A model generated the notes under the pieces. That model had not been told where the DNA came from, ran no database searches, and saw nothing but the letters and a program-made list of their open reading frames with translations. Positions 63,324-64,000 of a stretch of DNA of 64,000 nt are shown one piece after another (position 1 is the stretch's first letter; every line of letters starts with the position of its first letter). Made by a program: the position numbers and the translations under genes. The stretch lies in assembly GCA_951406725.2 (NCBI GenBank), contig OX597822.1, forward strand, positions 21,266,001 through 21,330,000, in the 5' to 3' direction. The DNA comes from Octopus vulgaris. Taxonomy: Eukaryota.

Positions 63324-63694
63324 TTGTTAATATAAGTGAGAATACGATATTCTATTATTTACTGATGCTGTTTTCTGTTATTTGGAGTATGTTCCTTAAA
63401 CACTGATAATTAACGACAGTAATGCATTGGCAGAATATTTAAGTTAAAGTGTGTGTTTTCATATTCAGACATTAGGACACAAAATATCATACATGAAGCT
63501 GCATTATCTTTGATTTCACAGGTATCATTTTATTGATGTATATTTTAAACTTTATCTATCCTTCTCTCTCAATATGTCTCTACATCTAAGTTAATGATCT
63601 TCCTATCATTTATATCTCAATCTCTTCCATTGTTTTTCCCATTTATTTCTCTCTTAGTTAGACACTCAAATAGAGAGTATTTGTTTATAAAATT

Positions 63695-63990
63695 GGCTGG
63701 CTACTTGCAAATCAAATCAAGTGGCTACCTATCTATCAGATCGATTGGCTACCCAGCTATCAGATTGACTGGGCACCAGTTGGCCAAACTGATTGGCCAC
63801 CAGTCGACCTGATTGAATGGCCACATGTTGACCAGATCGAATGGCCACCTGTGGACCAGATCAACTGGCCACCGGTTGACCAGTGAGTAGCCACCTGTTG
63901 ACCAGAGTGACTGGCGTACCTGTTGACCAAATCAACTAGCTACTTGTCTATGAAGCTATCTGGCCATCTGCCTTTCAGACTATCTGGCTA
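63695..63990. repeat. 24-bp minisatellite, ~11-12 degenerate units
   Basis: gatcgaatggccacctgtggacca / gatcaactggccaccggttgacca / gattgaatggccacatgttgacca. Confidence 0.85.
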
Positions 63991-64000
63991 TATGTTTATC

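Overview
AT-rich eukaryotic non-coding DNA, intergenic or within a large intron. The repeat families look like those of an octopus/cephalopod genome (inference from recalled SINE and LINE sequences). I found no intact protein-coding gene, tRNA, rRNA or CRISPR array; the long ORFs are microsatellite read-through or transposon debris. The window is a mosaic of (TA/CA/TATG/TATC/TTA/CTT)n microsatellites and three tRNA-type SINE families. LINE relics include RTE, CR1/Crack, Tx1/L1, R4/Dong and Penelope-like elements. DNA transposons include mariner elements, Tc2-like and piggyBac-like MITEs, and Helitrons. The most notable signal is several distinct short repeat families that each carry a minimal type-I hammerhead ribozyme motif. 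These often occur as outward-facing inverted pairs. One pair brackets a Penelope GIY-YIG remnant, and a near-perfect palindrome is centred on the ribozyme stem-III loop sequence. Other leads are a SINE sharing its 3' tail with a Tx1 LINE, a young ORF-less ~555-bp element in (TAA)n, a same-strand R4/Dong pile-up, and a 45-bp segment inverted between two copies of one repeat.
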